DNA of 64,000 nucleotides from the human T2T-CHM13v2.0 reference genome, Homo sapiens: NCBI GenBank assembly GCA_009914755.4, contig CP086569.2, positions 14,432,001 to 14,496,000 of the forward strand, read 5' to 3'. Shown piece by piece: positions 16,666 to 29,465 of this stretch (position 1 is its first letter; each line of letters starts with the position of its first letter). The notes under the pieces were generated by a model. It saw only the letters and a program-made list of their open reading frames with translations, ran no database searches and was not told where the DNA came from. The position numbers and the translations under genes were made by a program.

Positions 16666-19600
16666 TTTGATGTGCTGTCTTCAAAAGATTCAGCTCACAT
16701 GCAATTATATCCATAAACTCAAAATAAAGGAATGGCCAAAAATCTACCAAGTAAACAGAAGACAGAAAGAATCAGAGGTTGTCATTTTAAGTTCACACAT
16801 AAAGGACTTTAAACCAAAAAGATAAGAAATGACAAAGGGCATTACGTAAAGCTAAAGAGTACAATTTAACAAGAAGACTTAGCTATTTTAAACACATATG
16901 TATGCACCCAACATAGGCTTCATAAAACAATTTCTTAGACTTTCAAAGAATCTTAGACTCCCACACACTAATGACAGAATTTAAGATATCAGTATTGACA
17001 ATATTTGGATGCATCATCGAGGCAAAAAACGTACAAAAATATTTAGGACCTAAACTCAGCACTGGATCAAATAGACCTGAGGGTCATTTACAGAAGTCTT
17101 TGCCCCCAAAACAACAGAATATACATTCTTATCATTGTCACAGGGCTGATTCTCTAAAATTGACCATGTAGTCAGACATTAAACCCTCCTCAGCAACAGT
17201 AAAACAGATGAAATTATAACAACCGCTCTCTCAGACACCAGCGCAATAAAATTGGGAATCAAGACTAATAAATTTACTGAAAACCATACAATTACATGGA
17301 AATTGAATAACCTGCTTCTGAATGCTTCCAGGTAAATAATGACATTAAGGCATAAATCAAGAACCTCCTTGAAACAAATGAGAACAAAGATACAACATAC
17401 CAGAATCTCTTGGACACAGACAGCTAAGGCAGTGTTAAGAGGCAAATTTATAGCATTAAACACCCACATAAAAAAGAAATATCTCAATCTAGCAATATAA
17501 CATTTCAACTAAAATAACAAGAGAAGCAAGAGCAAACTAACCCCACAGTTAGCACAAGAAAGGAAATACCCTAAATTTGATCTGAACTGAGGTAATTAAC
17601 ATATTAACAACCATTCAAAAGATCAATGAATCCAGGAGTTGGTTTTTGGAAATTAATAATATAGATAGACTGCTAACTAGACTAATAAAAAAGAGAGCAG
17701 ATCCAAATAAATACAGAAATGATAAAGGGGATAGTACCATAACCTCACAGAAACACAAAAAACATCAGAAAATAATATGAATGTCTTTATGCCCCTGAAC
17801 TAAAAAAAAACCTAGAAGAAATTGATAACTTCCTGGGCACATACACCCTCCCAAGATTGAACCAGGAAGAAATCAAATTCTCGAACAGACCAACAACCAA
17901 TTTCAGAACAGAACTCTGAAACTGAATCAGTAATAAGGAGCCACAACCTAACAAAGCTCAGGGCCAGAAGGATTCACACCTGAATGATGAACAAAGAAGA
18001 GCTGGTATCATTGCGACAGAAACTATTCCAAAAAATGGAGGAGGAGGAGGAACGCCTTTCTAAGTCAATCTATGAGGCCAGCATTATCTTGATACCAAAA
18101 TCTGGCAGACACATAACAACAGCAACAAAAAAGTTCAAGCCAATATCATGGATGACTATCGATGCAAAAATCCTCAACAAAATTCTGGCAAACTGAATCC
18201 AGTGGCACATCAAAAAGCTTATTTATACTATCAAGTAGCCTTTATCTCTGAGATGCAAGGGTGGTTCAACATAGCAAATCAATAAATGTGATTTATCCTT
18301 TAATAAAACTAAAGACAAAACCACATTATAATTTCAATAGATGCAAAAAATAATTTCAACAAAATTTAACACCTTTCATAGTAAAAACTCTTGATAAACT
18401 AAGCATTGAAGGAATATACCTTAAAATAGCAAGGGCCATTTGTGACAAACTCACAGCCAACATTGTATTGAATAGGAAAAAGCTGGAAGCATTCCTCTTG
18501 AAAGCTGGCACAAGACAAGGATTTCCTCTCTCAGCACACATATTCAACATAGTACTGGAAGTCCTGAGCAGATCAATCAGGTAGTAGAAAGAAATAAAGG
18601 AAATCCAAATAGAAAGAAAGGAAGGCAAACTCTCCCTCTTTGCAGATAACATTATTCTGTTGTAGTTTCACCAGTGCACAAAGTTGTAACAGTCTCTCAT
18701 TGTCTGAGATATAGCAAGAGTTCTTTGTCTGAGATGACTAAGGAGTGCGGACACTAGGGTTAGGTCAGAGCAAAAGTTTAAAAAGCAAAAGAAGGAAGTT
18801 CTCCGCTAGCAGAGGGTTGGGGGTGCCAAATAGGGTCCCTCTATGAGGCTGGGGTCCAGGGTTTTCATGGACTGGGAAGGGGAAGGAATATGCTTAGTCT
18901 GTGTGCTGTCTTGGAGAACTCCTGACTCAGCTTTGCCTGGGGTCTCGGCCTGGGGCCTTGGCCCTGGACCAATCAGGAAGCCTAGCCCAGGGGCCAATTA
19001 GGGGCTGAAGTGGTAATTCATAGAGGCAGCTAGGCCTGGGACCTATTGGCAGCTGAAGTAAAAGCTTGACCTAGGACCTTGACCCAGGACCAATCAGGAG
19101 ATGAACTGATGATTCATAGATGCTGGGCTCACAATCTAAAAAGGAAAGGAAAGGAAACTGCCCACCAGAACCCAACAGAGAACAGTGTGTTCATGCTCAT
19201 AAAAGCAGAAGAGACTTTTTTCCTGGAAGCCCACTGATGATAGAAAGGATAATGGCATTTCTCTGTCAGGACTTGTTCTCTTAAACAGGGAAACAAGTAA
19301 GCTGGAGATTCCTGTAAGTTTTTATGTGAGTAACCTGGAGCTCCCTTATCTGTACAGCTGTGGGCATGTCTCCAGGCACAACTCCTTGTGCTAGTTTTCT
19401 TATCAGTACATGCAGCTTGATTTATTTTTCCAGCCTGCTTTTTGGGGCTGAGGCACTGATCAGTGGGTCAGGGAATCTCCGGGGACCCCTCCCTTGCTGT
19501 CTACTTAAAAGAAGCTAGATAAATCATCTCAATTCTACATCTAGAAAACCTCATAGTCTTGGCCCAAAAGCTCCCTCAGCTGATAAATAACTTCAGCAAA

Positions 19601-20565
19601 ATCTAAGCATAGAAAATCAATGCACAAAAATTACTAGCATTTGTATATATCAAAAATTGTCAAGCCAAGAGTAAAACCAGGGACATAAATCCCATTCACT
19701 ATTGCCACAAAAAGAATAAAATATATAGAAATACACTTAACCAGAGAGGTCAAAAATCACCACAAGAACTAAAAAGTACTGGTCAAAAAAGTCAGAGATA
19801 AAGCAAACAAATGGGAATACATTCCATGCTCATGGATAGGAAGAATCAACATCATAAAATGGTCATACTGCCCAAAGCAATTTATAGATGGAATGCTATT
19901 CCTATTAAACTACCAATTAAATTTTTCACAGGACTAAAAAAAACTATTTTAAAATTAATATGGAAACACAAATTATCCCAGATAGCCAGGGGAATTCTAT
20001 ACAAAAAGAGCAAAGGTGGAGGCATCATGTTACCTGACTTCAAAGTATACTTCAGGCCTACAGTTAACAAAACAGCATGGTGCTGGTATAAAAGTAGACA
20101 TTTAGATCAATGGAAAGGAATAGAGAGCCTAGAAATAAGACCTCATATTTGCCATCTAATCTTTGATAGAGCTGACAAAAAGAAGCAATGGGAAAAGAAC
20201 TCTCTATTCAATAAATCATTCTGGGATAACCACCTAGCCATATTCAGTAGATTGAAATGGGACCCCTTTCTTACACCACAAACAAAAATTAACTGAAGAT
20301 CAATTAAAGGCTTATGTAAAACTTAAAGGAATAGAAATTCTGAAAGACAACCTACGCAATAGCATTCTGGAGATAGGAATGGGCAAAGATTTCATGACAA
20401 AGATTCCAAAAACAATTGCAACAAAAGCAACATTTGACAAGCAGAATCTATTTAAACTAAAGAGCTTCTGTGCAATATAAGGAACAATCAACAGGGTAAG
20501 CAGACAAACTATAGAATGGGATAAATAATTTGGTTCATTAATGGTAACAAATATGTCACATCTTA
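16666..20565 (+). mobile_element. Old L1 (L1PB/L1MA-like) ORF2, split by a solo LTR at 18685-19530.
   Basis: Degenerate ORF2p translations occur throughout (16637-16825 'LTCNYIHKLKIKEWPKIYQVNRRQKE', 17984-18196 '...[19 protein letters not shown]...[17 protein letters not shown]', 19811-20296 '[35 protein letters not shown]...'). The sequence is contiguous across the LTR insertion. Confidence 0.85.
18685..19530 (-). mobile_element. Solo ERV LTR, same family as the provirus LTRs at 25950-27066 and 41543-42352, minus orientation.
   Basis: Its reverse complement aligns with the provirus LTRs. Example: 'ggcacaactccttgtgctagttttcttatcagtacatgcagcttgatttatttttccagcctgctttttggggctgaggcactga' against the reverse complement of 'tcagtgcctcatccccacataacataaaaagcagcctgggaaataattcaagctgcaggcaccaataaggaaacttgcacagggtgttgtgcc'. 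The end 'cagacaatgagagactgttaca' matches the LTR terminus 'cagacaatggaagaccgttaca', and 'ccaatcag' repeats are shared. Confidence 0.75.
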
Positions 20566-20851
20566 GGCTGGGCATGGTGACTCATGCCTGTAATCCCAGC
20601 ATTTTGGGAGGCTGAGTTGGGCAGGTCATCTTAGGTCAGGGGGTTGAGATCAGCCTGGCCAACATGGTGAAACCCCGTCTCTACTAAAAACAGAAAAATT
20701 AGCCAGGTGTGGTGATGGGTCCTGTAATCTCAGCTACTTGAGAGGCTGAGGTATGAGAATTGTTTGAACCCAGAAGGCAGAGGTTTCAGTGAGCTGAGAT
20801 CACACCACTGTACTCCAGCCTGGGGGATGGAGTGAGAATCTGTCCCCAAAA
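20566..20851 (+). mobile_element. Alu, plus orientation.
   Basis: 'ggctgggcatggtgactcatgcctgtaatcccagcattttgggaggctgag...gagctgagatcacaccactgtactccagcctggggga'. Confidence 0.95.
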
Positions 20852-21015
20852 TTATATATATATATGTATATATATATACACACACACACACACACGTATA
20901 TATATATACACGTATATATATATATACGTATATATATATACACATATATATATACACGTATATTATATATATATACGTGTATATATATATACACGTATAT
21001 TATATATATATACAC

Positions 21016-21046
<31 letters not shown>

Positions 21047-21052
21047 AACACA
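20852..21052. repeat. Compound (TA)n/(CA)n/(TATACG)-like microsatellite about 200 bp long.
   Basis: 'atatatatatgtatatatatatacacacacacacacacacgtatatatatatacacgtatatatat...cacacacacacacacacacaaacacac'. Confidence 0.95.
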
Positions 21053-21099
21053 CCCACATCTTTTCAAGATGTTAATAACAGAAAAACTGAAGATGAGTA

Positions 21100-22300
21100 G
21101 ATTAAATTTGAAATGTAGTGTAAGTTTAGGTCCCAATTTTGTTGTTGGTAAATAGCAAGTTGTCCCAGGAGTATGAAGAGACTATTCTTTCTCTGTATAA
21201 TGATGTTGAAACCTTTGTCAAAAAGCAACTGACATTATATGTCTGGATTATTTTTTGGAGTCTCAATCCTATCACAATTTTCTTTACACTTATACTACAC
21301 TGTCTTGAATTGTGTAATTTTATAATACATTTTGAAATCCAGTATGAGTCCTGCAACTATGCCCTTCTTTCTCTCAATTGTTTTGCATTTTCATGGTCAC
21401 TTGCTTTTTCATATTAAATTTATGATTAACTTCTTCATTTTGGCAAAAATTGCCAGTGGGATTTTGGTAGGTTTACATTAAATTTGCAAAGTTTTTTTTG
21501 GAAATACTGACATTTTAACAATATTAAGTCTTTCAATCCATGAACATAATATATTTCCATTTATTAAGGTCTTCTTTTATTTATTTAGCAATGTTTTGTA
21601 GTAATTAGTGCAAAATAGTATAATACTCTCCTATTTAAAGGTATTCCTAAGGATTTTATCCTTCAGGTGTTATTATAAAAATGATTTTAAGACTTTTTTT
21701 GAGATTGCTCATTGACAATAAGTTTCTTTTTGTTGTCAATCCTATACCCAGTAAACTGCTGGATTCATTTGTTATCTTTATTAGTTTTTATTTTGTAATT
21801 CTAGAATTTTCTATGTATAGGATGACATCATCAACCAATAAAGATAGCTTTGCTTCTTCCTATCCAATTTAGATTTTTATCAATTTAAATTTTATATTCT
21901 ATTATTTAAAATTTTATTTAATCTTTTTTTTCTTGCCTAACTATTCTGACTAGAACATTTTGTACAATGTTGAGTATCAGTGGTGAAAGCAGGCAACCTT
22001 GTATTGAACTCAGTGGGTATATTTTCAGCCTTTCACCATTAAATATGACATTAACTGTAGGTTTTTAAACAAATACTCTTTAATTTTCTAAGGAAGTTTT
22101 TTTCTCTTTGTAGCTTACTGAGTGTTTTCATCATATAAGTGTTCGCTTCTGTCAAATGCTGTTTTAAGTCTAGTTTAATGCCCATAGAGACACATTGAAA
22201 ATTGTAGTTAACATGGACAGGATGATGAGAATAATTCCAAACAAAACTTGTGAGCAGAGTATTACAGGTCACTTCTGAATGATATCATTTAATTTAATTG
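21100..22300 (-). mobile_element. Probable ancient L1 (L1M-like) ORF2 fragment. AT-rich and highly degenerate.
   Basis: Weak resemblance to the reverse-complement L1M ORF2 ('aatgttgagtatcagtggtgaaagcaggcaaccttgtattgaactcagtgggtatattttcagcctttcaccattaaatatgacattaactgtaggttttt...gtgttttcatcatataagtgttcgcttctgtcaaatgctgttttaagtctagtttaatg'). Confidence 0.4.
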
Positions 22301-22569
22301 CAAGCTTTTTCAGCATGTACTTTCTTCCTGCCATAGTTACCATTAGCATCACAGCAGAGTCTCTAAGTGAGAAAAGCATAAATTTTGTACTCTATATGCC
22401 AAACCTATTCTATAATAAATGTGTAGCAAGAGAAAAAAAATTCCATTGAGTCTGAAGATGATTTAATATTTTAGTGTAACCCAAACTGATTTTCCTGACT
22501 CATAAAGCAAGAATATATTATCAAAACCATTATATAACACAAAGTTATTAAGACCAGAAAATGTATCTG

Positions 22570-22707
22570 CCAGCTGAGCAAGGTGTCTCACAAACCTAAT
22601 CCCAACATGTTGGGAGGTTGAGGCTGAAGGACCGCTTGAGACCAGGAGTTTGAGGCCACCCTGGCCAATACAGTGAGACCCAATCTCATATTAAAAAAAA
22701 AAAAAAA
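22570..22707 (+). mobile_element. FLAM/Alu-monomer-like element with a poly-A tail.
   Basis: 'cagctgagcaaggtgtctcacaaacctaatcccaacatgttgggaggttgaggctgaaggaccgcttgagaccaggagtttgaggccaccctggccaatacagtgagacccaatctcatattaaaaaaaaaaaaaaa'. Confidence 0.8.
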
Positions 22708-22965
22708 TCTACATATCTGCCTTTGGAGCACTCATCTGTACTTTTTCTTTCCTCTGGCTTATTTTTAATCAGTCTAGCAACATAGTCCTTCCAAAATCTA
22801 AAATTAATATAGAGTTATATAGGCCTGAACAGTGTTAAATCAGTGTTCTTTCTAATCAGGTACTACATTTTAAACATTACTGAATATTTAATCAACTCTA
22901 CTTTTAAGAACTTTGCTCACATGTAGCAATAATGTCTAGGTTGAATAAAGCCCCCCACCCCCCGC

Positions 22966-23257
22966 CCTTTTCTTTTTGAGATTGAGTCTCACTCTGTCAC
23001 CAGGTTGGAGTGCAGTGACATGATCTCGGCTTAATGCAAACTCTGCCTTCTGGGATCAAGTGATTCTCCTACCTCAGCCTCCCAAGTAGCTAGGATTACA
23101 GGAGTGCACCATGATGCCTGGCTAATTTTCATATTTTCAGTGGAGATGGGGTTTCACCATGTTGGCCAGGATGGTCTCGATCTCCTGACCTCGTGATCTG
23201 CCTGTATCAGCCTCCCAAACTGTTGGGGTTACAGGCATGAGCCACTGTGCCCAGCCC
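22966..23257 (-). mobile_element. Alu, minus orientation.
   Basis: 'ttttctttttgagattgagtctcactctgtcaccaggttggagtgcagtgac...ggttacaggcatgagccactgtgcccagccc'. Confidence 0.95.
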
Positions 23258-23630
23258 GAATAAACTCTTAATTGCAAATTTCAAATGCCTCAAGTCTTAA
23301 ATCTATGGGGTTATAATCATATCATTTACCTCTGATTTTTTAAACATCTAAACATCTAAAAACTAAAATGCAGCCATGAATAAGTGATGAACCAACATAA
23401 TTGCTTACAATTACTAAAAGTATTGCCCTGATATTTTTACATAAAAATATTTTTTTGTACAGATAAACTCATTGAAAATGGATATTGCTGCAAATTCTTT
23501 CATTCTTTCTTGATGGTTATTTTAAGGATGTTGGCACATTGAAATTTAGCTGACTCTAATGTAAGAACTTTGTTTGGTGTTTCTTGGGTGGGTACAATGT
23601 AATCACAAAAGTCTTAAAAAACGAAAAGGT

Positions 23631-23930
23631 GGCTGGGTGCAGTGGCTCGTGCATGTAATCCCAGCACTTTGGGAGGCCAATGAGGGTGGATCCCAAGGTC
23701 AAAAATTCAAGACCAGCCTGACCAACATGGTGAAACCCAGTCCCTACTAAAAATACAAAAATTAGCTGGCCATGGTGGTGCACACCTGTAACACAAGCTA
23801 TTCAGGAAGCTGAGGCAGGAGAATCGCTTGAACCCAGGAGGTGGAGGTTGTAGTGAGCCGAGATCATGCCACTGCACTGCAGCCTGTGCTACAGACCAAG
23901 ACATTGCCTCAGGAAAAAAGAAAAGAAAAA
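23631..23930 (+). mobile_element. Alu, plus orientation.
   Basis: 'ggctgggtgcagtggctcgtgcatgtaatcccagcactttgggaggcc...gagccgagatcatgccactgcactgcagcctg...aaaaaagaaaagaaaaag'. Confidence 0.95.
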
Positions 23931-24449
23931 GTAAGGAAGAGTAGAATCAGTGTCAGAAAGATGTGATGATGGAAGTAGAAACAAGAGAGAGTCAAGGAAG
24001 AACTCAATCCATTACTGATGGTTAAAAAAAAGGAAAAGGTACTTTAAATATGTGAATAAAGATCTTGACACAAAATTTATCATGAATTATCCAAGTGGGT
24101 GCAATGTAATCACAAACATTCTTATAAAAGAGAACCAGCAGGATCAGAGTGTGAGACAGAAAACAGTATGTACAGAATCAGAGGCCAGAGGCCAGAGAGG
24201 AGAGAATATATTACATGGTTGTTTTTGAAGAAAAAGGAGCCATAAGCCACATACTGGCAGATATCTAAAAGCTAAAGTCACAGAAATAAATTCTTACCTA
24301 AAGCTTCCAGAGGTAGCCAAAATCTTGATTTTTTTCCTCTTTAAAAATAATTCTGCTTTTCTGGCATTCAGAACAGTAAGATAATTTTGGATGGTTTTAA
24401 GAAACTGTTATTTTGTTATAGCAATGATAGAAAACTAATATAAACCATT

Positions 24450-25949
24450 GTGTATAAGTACCACATTTTCTTTACCCATTCATCTGTCAATGGATGCATA
24501 GATTGCTTCCAAATTTTGGCTATTGCGAACAGTAATACATCAAACATAAGAATGTTTCAATATCCTGGTTTCCTTTCTTTTGGGTATATACCCAGAAGTG
24601 GGATTGCTGGGTTAATAAGGTAGCTCTCTTTTAATTTTCTGAGGAACTTCTAAACTATGCTCCATAGTGATTGTACTAATTTACATTCCCACCAACGGTG
24701 TACATAGATACACTTTTCTTCACGTCCTCACCATTATTTTTTATTGCCTATCTTTTGGCTGTAGTCCCTTTTAACTGGGATGAAATAATATCTCATTGTA
24801 GTTTTGATTTATATTTCTGTGATAATCAGTAATGTTAACCACTTTTGCTGTTTGGCATTTGTATGTCTTATTTTAAGAAATGTCTATTCAAATCTTTTTT
24901 GCCAATTTTAATCAGATTATTAGTTTTTTTCCTATAATGTTTGCACTCCTTATGTACTCTGTTTATTAATTTCTTGTCAATTGGGTAGTTTGCAGATATT
25001 TTCTCTCATTCTGTGGGTTGTCTCTTCTCTTTGTTGATTGTGTCCTTTGTTGTGCAGAAAGCTTTGTAACTTGATATGATCCCGTTTGTTCATTTTGCTT
25101 GGGTTTCCTGTTCTTTTGGGATATTACTCAAGAAATTTTGCCCAGAACAACGTCCTGGAGAGTTTCCCCAATGTTTCACTTTAGTAGTTTTCTAGTTGGA
25201 GATCCTATATTAGTCTTTAATCCATTTTGATTTAATTTTTGTATATGATAAGAAATAGGGGTATAATTTTATTATTCTGAATATAGATATCCACTTTTCC
25301 CAGCACCATTTATTGAAGAAACTGCTTTTCCCAATATGTATGATACCTTTTTTGAAAATAAGCTCACTGTAGGTGTATGGTTTCTGAGTTCTTTATACTG
25401 TTACATTGGTTTATGTGTCTATTTTTATTTCTGTGTCATGCTGTTTTGGTTATCATAGCTCTGCAGTATATTTTTGAAGTCAGGTAATATAAATTCCTCC
25501 AGTTTTGTTCTTTTTGCTCAGAATCGCTTTGGCTATTTTGGATCTTTTGTGGTTTTATATGAATTTGAGACTTTTTTTCTATTTCTGTGAAGAATGTCAT
25601 TGGTATTTTGATAATTGCATTGAATCTGTAGACTGTTTTGGGTAGTATGACTATTTTTAACAATATTGGTTATTTCAATTCATGAACATTAAATATTTTT
25701 CCATTTTTTGATGTCTGCTTCAACTTCTTTCATTAGTGTTTTGTAGTCTTAATTGTAAAGATCTTTTCACTTCTTTGTGTTTTTTATTTCAATATTATTT
25801 ATTCTTCCTTTGATCTTTATTTTTCTCTTTGAATCTTAGGTTCAGTTTGCTCTTGCTTTTCTAGTTCCTTAAGATGCATTGTTAGGTTATTTCTTTGGAG
25901 TTTTTCTTTTTTTGGTGTAGGCACTTATAGCTATAAGTTCCCCTACTAG
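24450..25949 (-). mobile_element. Older L1 (L1PB/L1MA-like) ORF2 3' half plus 3'UTR, minus orientation. It is the left flank of the ERV insertion, and the same L1 resumes at about 42353-43020.
   Basis: Reverse-complement ORF2 sequence ('gggtatatacccagaagtgggattgctgggt', 'atctcattgtagttttgatttatatttctgtgataatcagtaatgttaacc', minus ORF 25436-25663 'MLKIVILPKTVYRFNAIIKIPMTFFTEIEKK'). It ends at 'gctataagttcccctactagtact', which corresponds to L1 'gctataaatttccctctacacactgc'. Confidence 0.85.
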
Positions 25950-27066
<1,117 letters not shown>

Positions 27067-27069
27067 TCT

Positions 27070-27087
27070 TGGTGCATTGGCCGGGAA
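27070..27087 (+). promoter_or_regulatory. Retroviral primer-binding site (tRNA-complementary, degenerate; tRNA identity unresolved).
   Basis: 'tggtgcattggccgggaa' begins 3 nt after the LTR terminal '...gttaCA' and has the canonical TGG start. It partly matches PBS sequences for tRNA-Glu (TGGTTCCCTGACCGGGAA), His and Phe. Confidence 0.55.
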
Positions 27088-27099
27088 GAAAATAATTCA

Positions 27100-28140
27100 T
27101 CATAAGGGCAAGAGTGAACCTTTAACTCTTTGCTTTCATTTCTCAAACTTATTGTCTACTCCAATCTAGTTTCTTTTTGAGGGACAAAGTGGCTAAGTTG
27201 TCTGGACTTCCTGGGTCAAGAGGGACTTCCCCAAGGGGCTTTTTCCTAAGCCAAAATGAATCATAGCTGCAAACTAAGGGATTGAAACTTCAACCAATCA
27301 AAGAGGACTTTCCCCTAAGCCAAAATGAGTAATAGCTGCAAACTAAGGGATTGAAACATCAACCAATCATATAGGGAGTTTAAGCTGTAGCTGCAGCCTG
27401 ATGTTTTTAATCAATCAGGACCACCAATCTACAACCAGATGGAAAGTAAGCTAATCCTATAGGACAGAAAAAGGAAAAGGGAGGAGTCATAAGTGGATAT
27501 AAGCATAGGACACCGAAGTCAGAGACAGCAACCCTTCCAGGTCCACTTCCACCATGTGGAAGCTTTACTTTTGCTTTACTTTCACTTTTGCTTTAGTAAG
27601 TCTTGCCGTTGCACACTCTTTGGATCCATGCGTTTCTCTAATCAAGCTATAACACTCGCTGCTGAGTCCATGCTTCATTCCTTGAAGCCCATGAGACCAT
27701 GAACCCTTCGATGGAGAAAAACCTTTGATGGGAAGAAGACATCTCGTCTCACTTTCACGGAGGGCCTAAGCCATTGTGTGGGATTGGAAGGAGGTCTTAG
27801 GGCTACTTAAGATTTCTGGCTGGGACTACACCCCAGAGTTATCTGAAGGCCCTTAGACTAACTCCATTGCATGACAGCTCAACAGGGCCAGCCCCAGGAC
27901 TTATTCCTATCACATTTTCCTTCTTTTCTCTCACAGCTATCATGTCTCCTATTCGTTCTTTGAATACAATGTTGTGGGTATTTTTGCAACCTAGAGACAT
28001 AGTCTTGCTGGGTAGTTAGTAGGTGTTTTAGAAATGAGGAATGTAATTCAAAGAGTTGTTGTTTTGTGATTTCCTAGAAACAGGGGGAATTCAGTATTTC
28101 AATCTAAGTTTTCACCTAGTAATGCCCCTTCTATCCCTCA
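27100..28140. repeat. LTR-like segment inside the ERV leader, possibly a nested solo LTR of another family. It has U3/R-like features and a roughly 58-bp tandem duplication.
   Basis: A duplicated unit 'cctaagccaaaatga(a/g)t(c/a)atagctgcaaactaagggattgaaac(t/a)tcaaccaatca' occurs at about 27246-27303 and 27314-27371. 'ggatataagcatagg' is TATA-like. The segment 'gctttacttttgctttactttcacttttgctttagtaagtcttgccgttgcacactctttggatccatgcgtttctc' is R/U5-like. Family and orientation are undetermined. Confidence 0.35.
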
Positions 28141-28399
28141 ATGATGGACATTCATAGCACTGAATGGGAGAATATTTCACCCTGAGTGAATATCCTCCTC
28201 CACTTTTAAGTTGTTTTTTTACTTCATTAAGAGTTCAGCATTGTCCAGTGAATTTAATCAGTTCTTTTATGAAACAAATTAATTTTCTTATGCTGGAAGC
28301 CATGTTATATGGACAGCCTATCAAATCCAAACCTTTCTTTCTAAATTTTGCCTGAAAATAATTTAGAGTTAGAGATTTTACCTAACATTTCTTTTTTAA

Positions 28400-28708
<309 letters not shown>

Positions 28709-29465
28709 CTTTACCTAACATTTCTAACCCTACGGTGCCACATAGTTGAAAGGGATTTTTCTCCATGGGGAGTCTTATCAGCTGTCAGTCCCAAACCTCT
28801 ACTCTCCCAATTCTTTTCCCTTTTACATTCTTCTATCAATGATCAGGCCCCATGTCTTATGTAGTGACAGAAAAACTCCACTTTCAACAGCCAGGAGAAA
28901 GCCATCCTGATAATACAGATCTTAGCTTCAATACTGTCCCCAACAAAGGGGGGCAAACATTCAATTTTTACACTCTTTTGAGGCATCTGCTTTGCATTCA
29001 ACTACATTGGAATTTAAACAGAAAAGGAATTTTATGTTTGAAAATTAATCAGTTCCATTCTGTGGGATTTTGACTTTTTTCCTGAGGCCATAGCAAATGA
29101 AGCCAGAGATAGTGTTAGGACACTCCCTCCATTAAGAAGTCTTGCCCAGCTCCAACTACTACATAATCTCTCCCAAGCCTTTGGGGTACCTTGAGAGCCT
29201 TCTGTGTTAAGTGGATCTAGGAATCCAGCAGGACAGAAGGATAGGGTTTTGAGCAGGTAAGTGTGACTAAAACCCACCAACTAGCTTTTCTGGGGTCATA
29301 GATGAAAGGTCATGCTTGTATCCATGGACAGCACCTCTGGTGGTCCATGGGACCCAGAGAAGAGGAGGTAAGAGGAGAAGTGGGATGTGCTTTCTCTCAC
29401 TCAACCCTGGGTCACACAAAAAGAGGAAGGGGACTGAGGGATGTGTTGTCTCCCTCTCTTTCTAG

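Noticed and set aside
27246-27371. Two roughly 58-bp tandem units as a possible minisatellite or CRISPR-like array.
   Set aside because: There are only two copies, with no spacer/repeat alternation. The sequence context is eukaryotic LTR-like and CCAAT-containing. CRISPR is not applicable to primate nuclear DNA.
28852-29073. ORF 28852-29073 as the ERV gag start.
   Set aside because: It has no Gag similarity. The gag start with a myristoylation-type MG and MA homology is at 29466 in a different frame.
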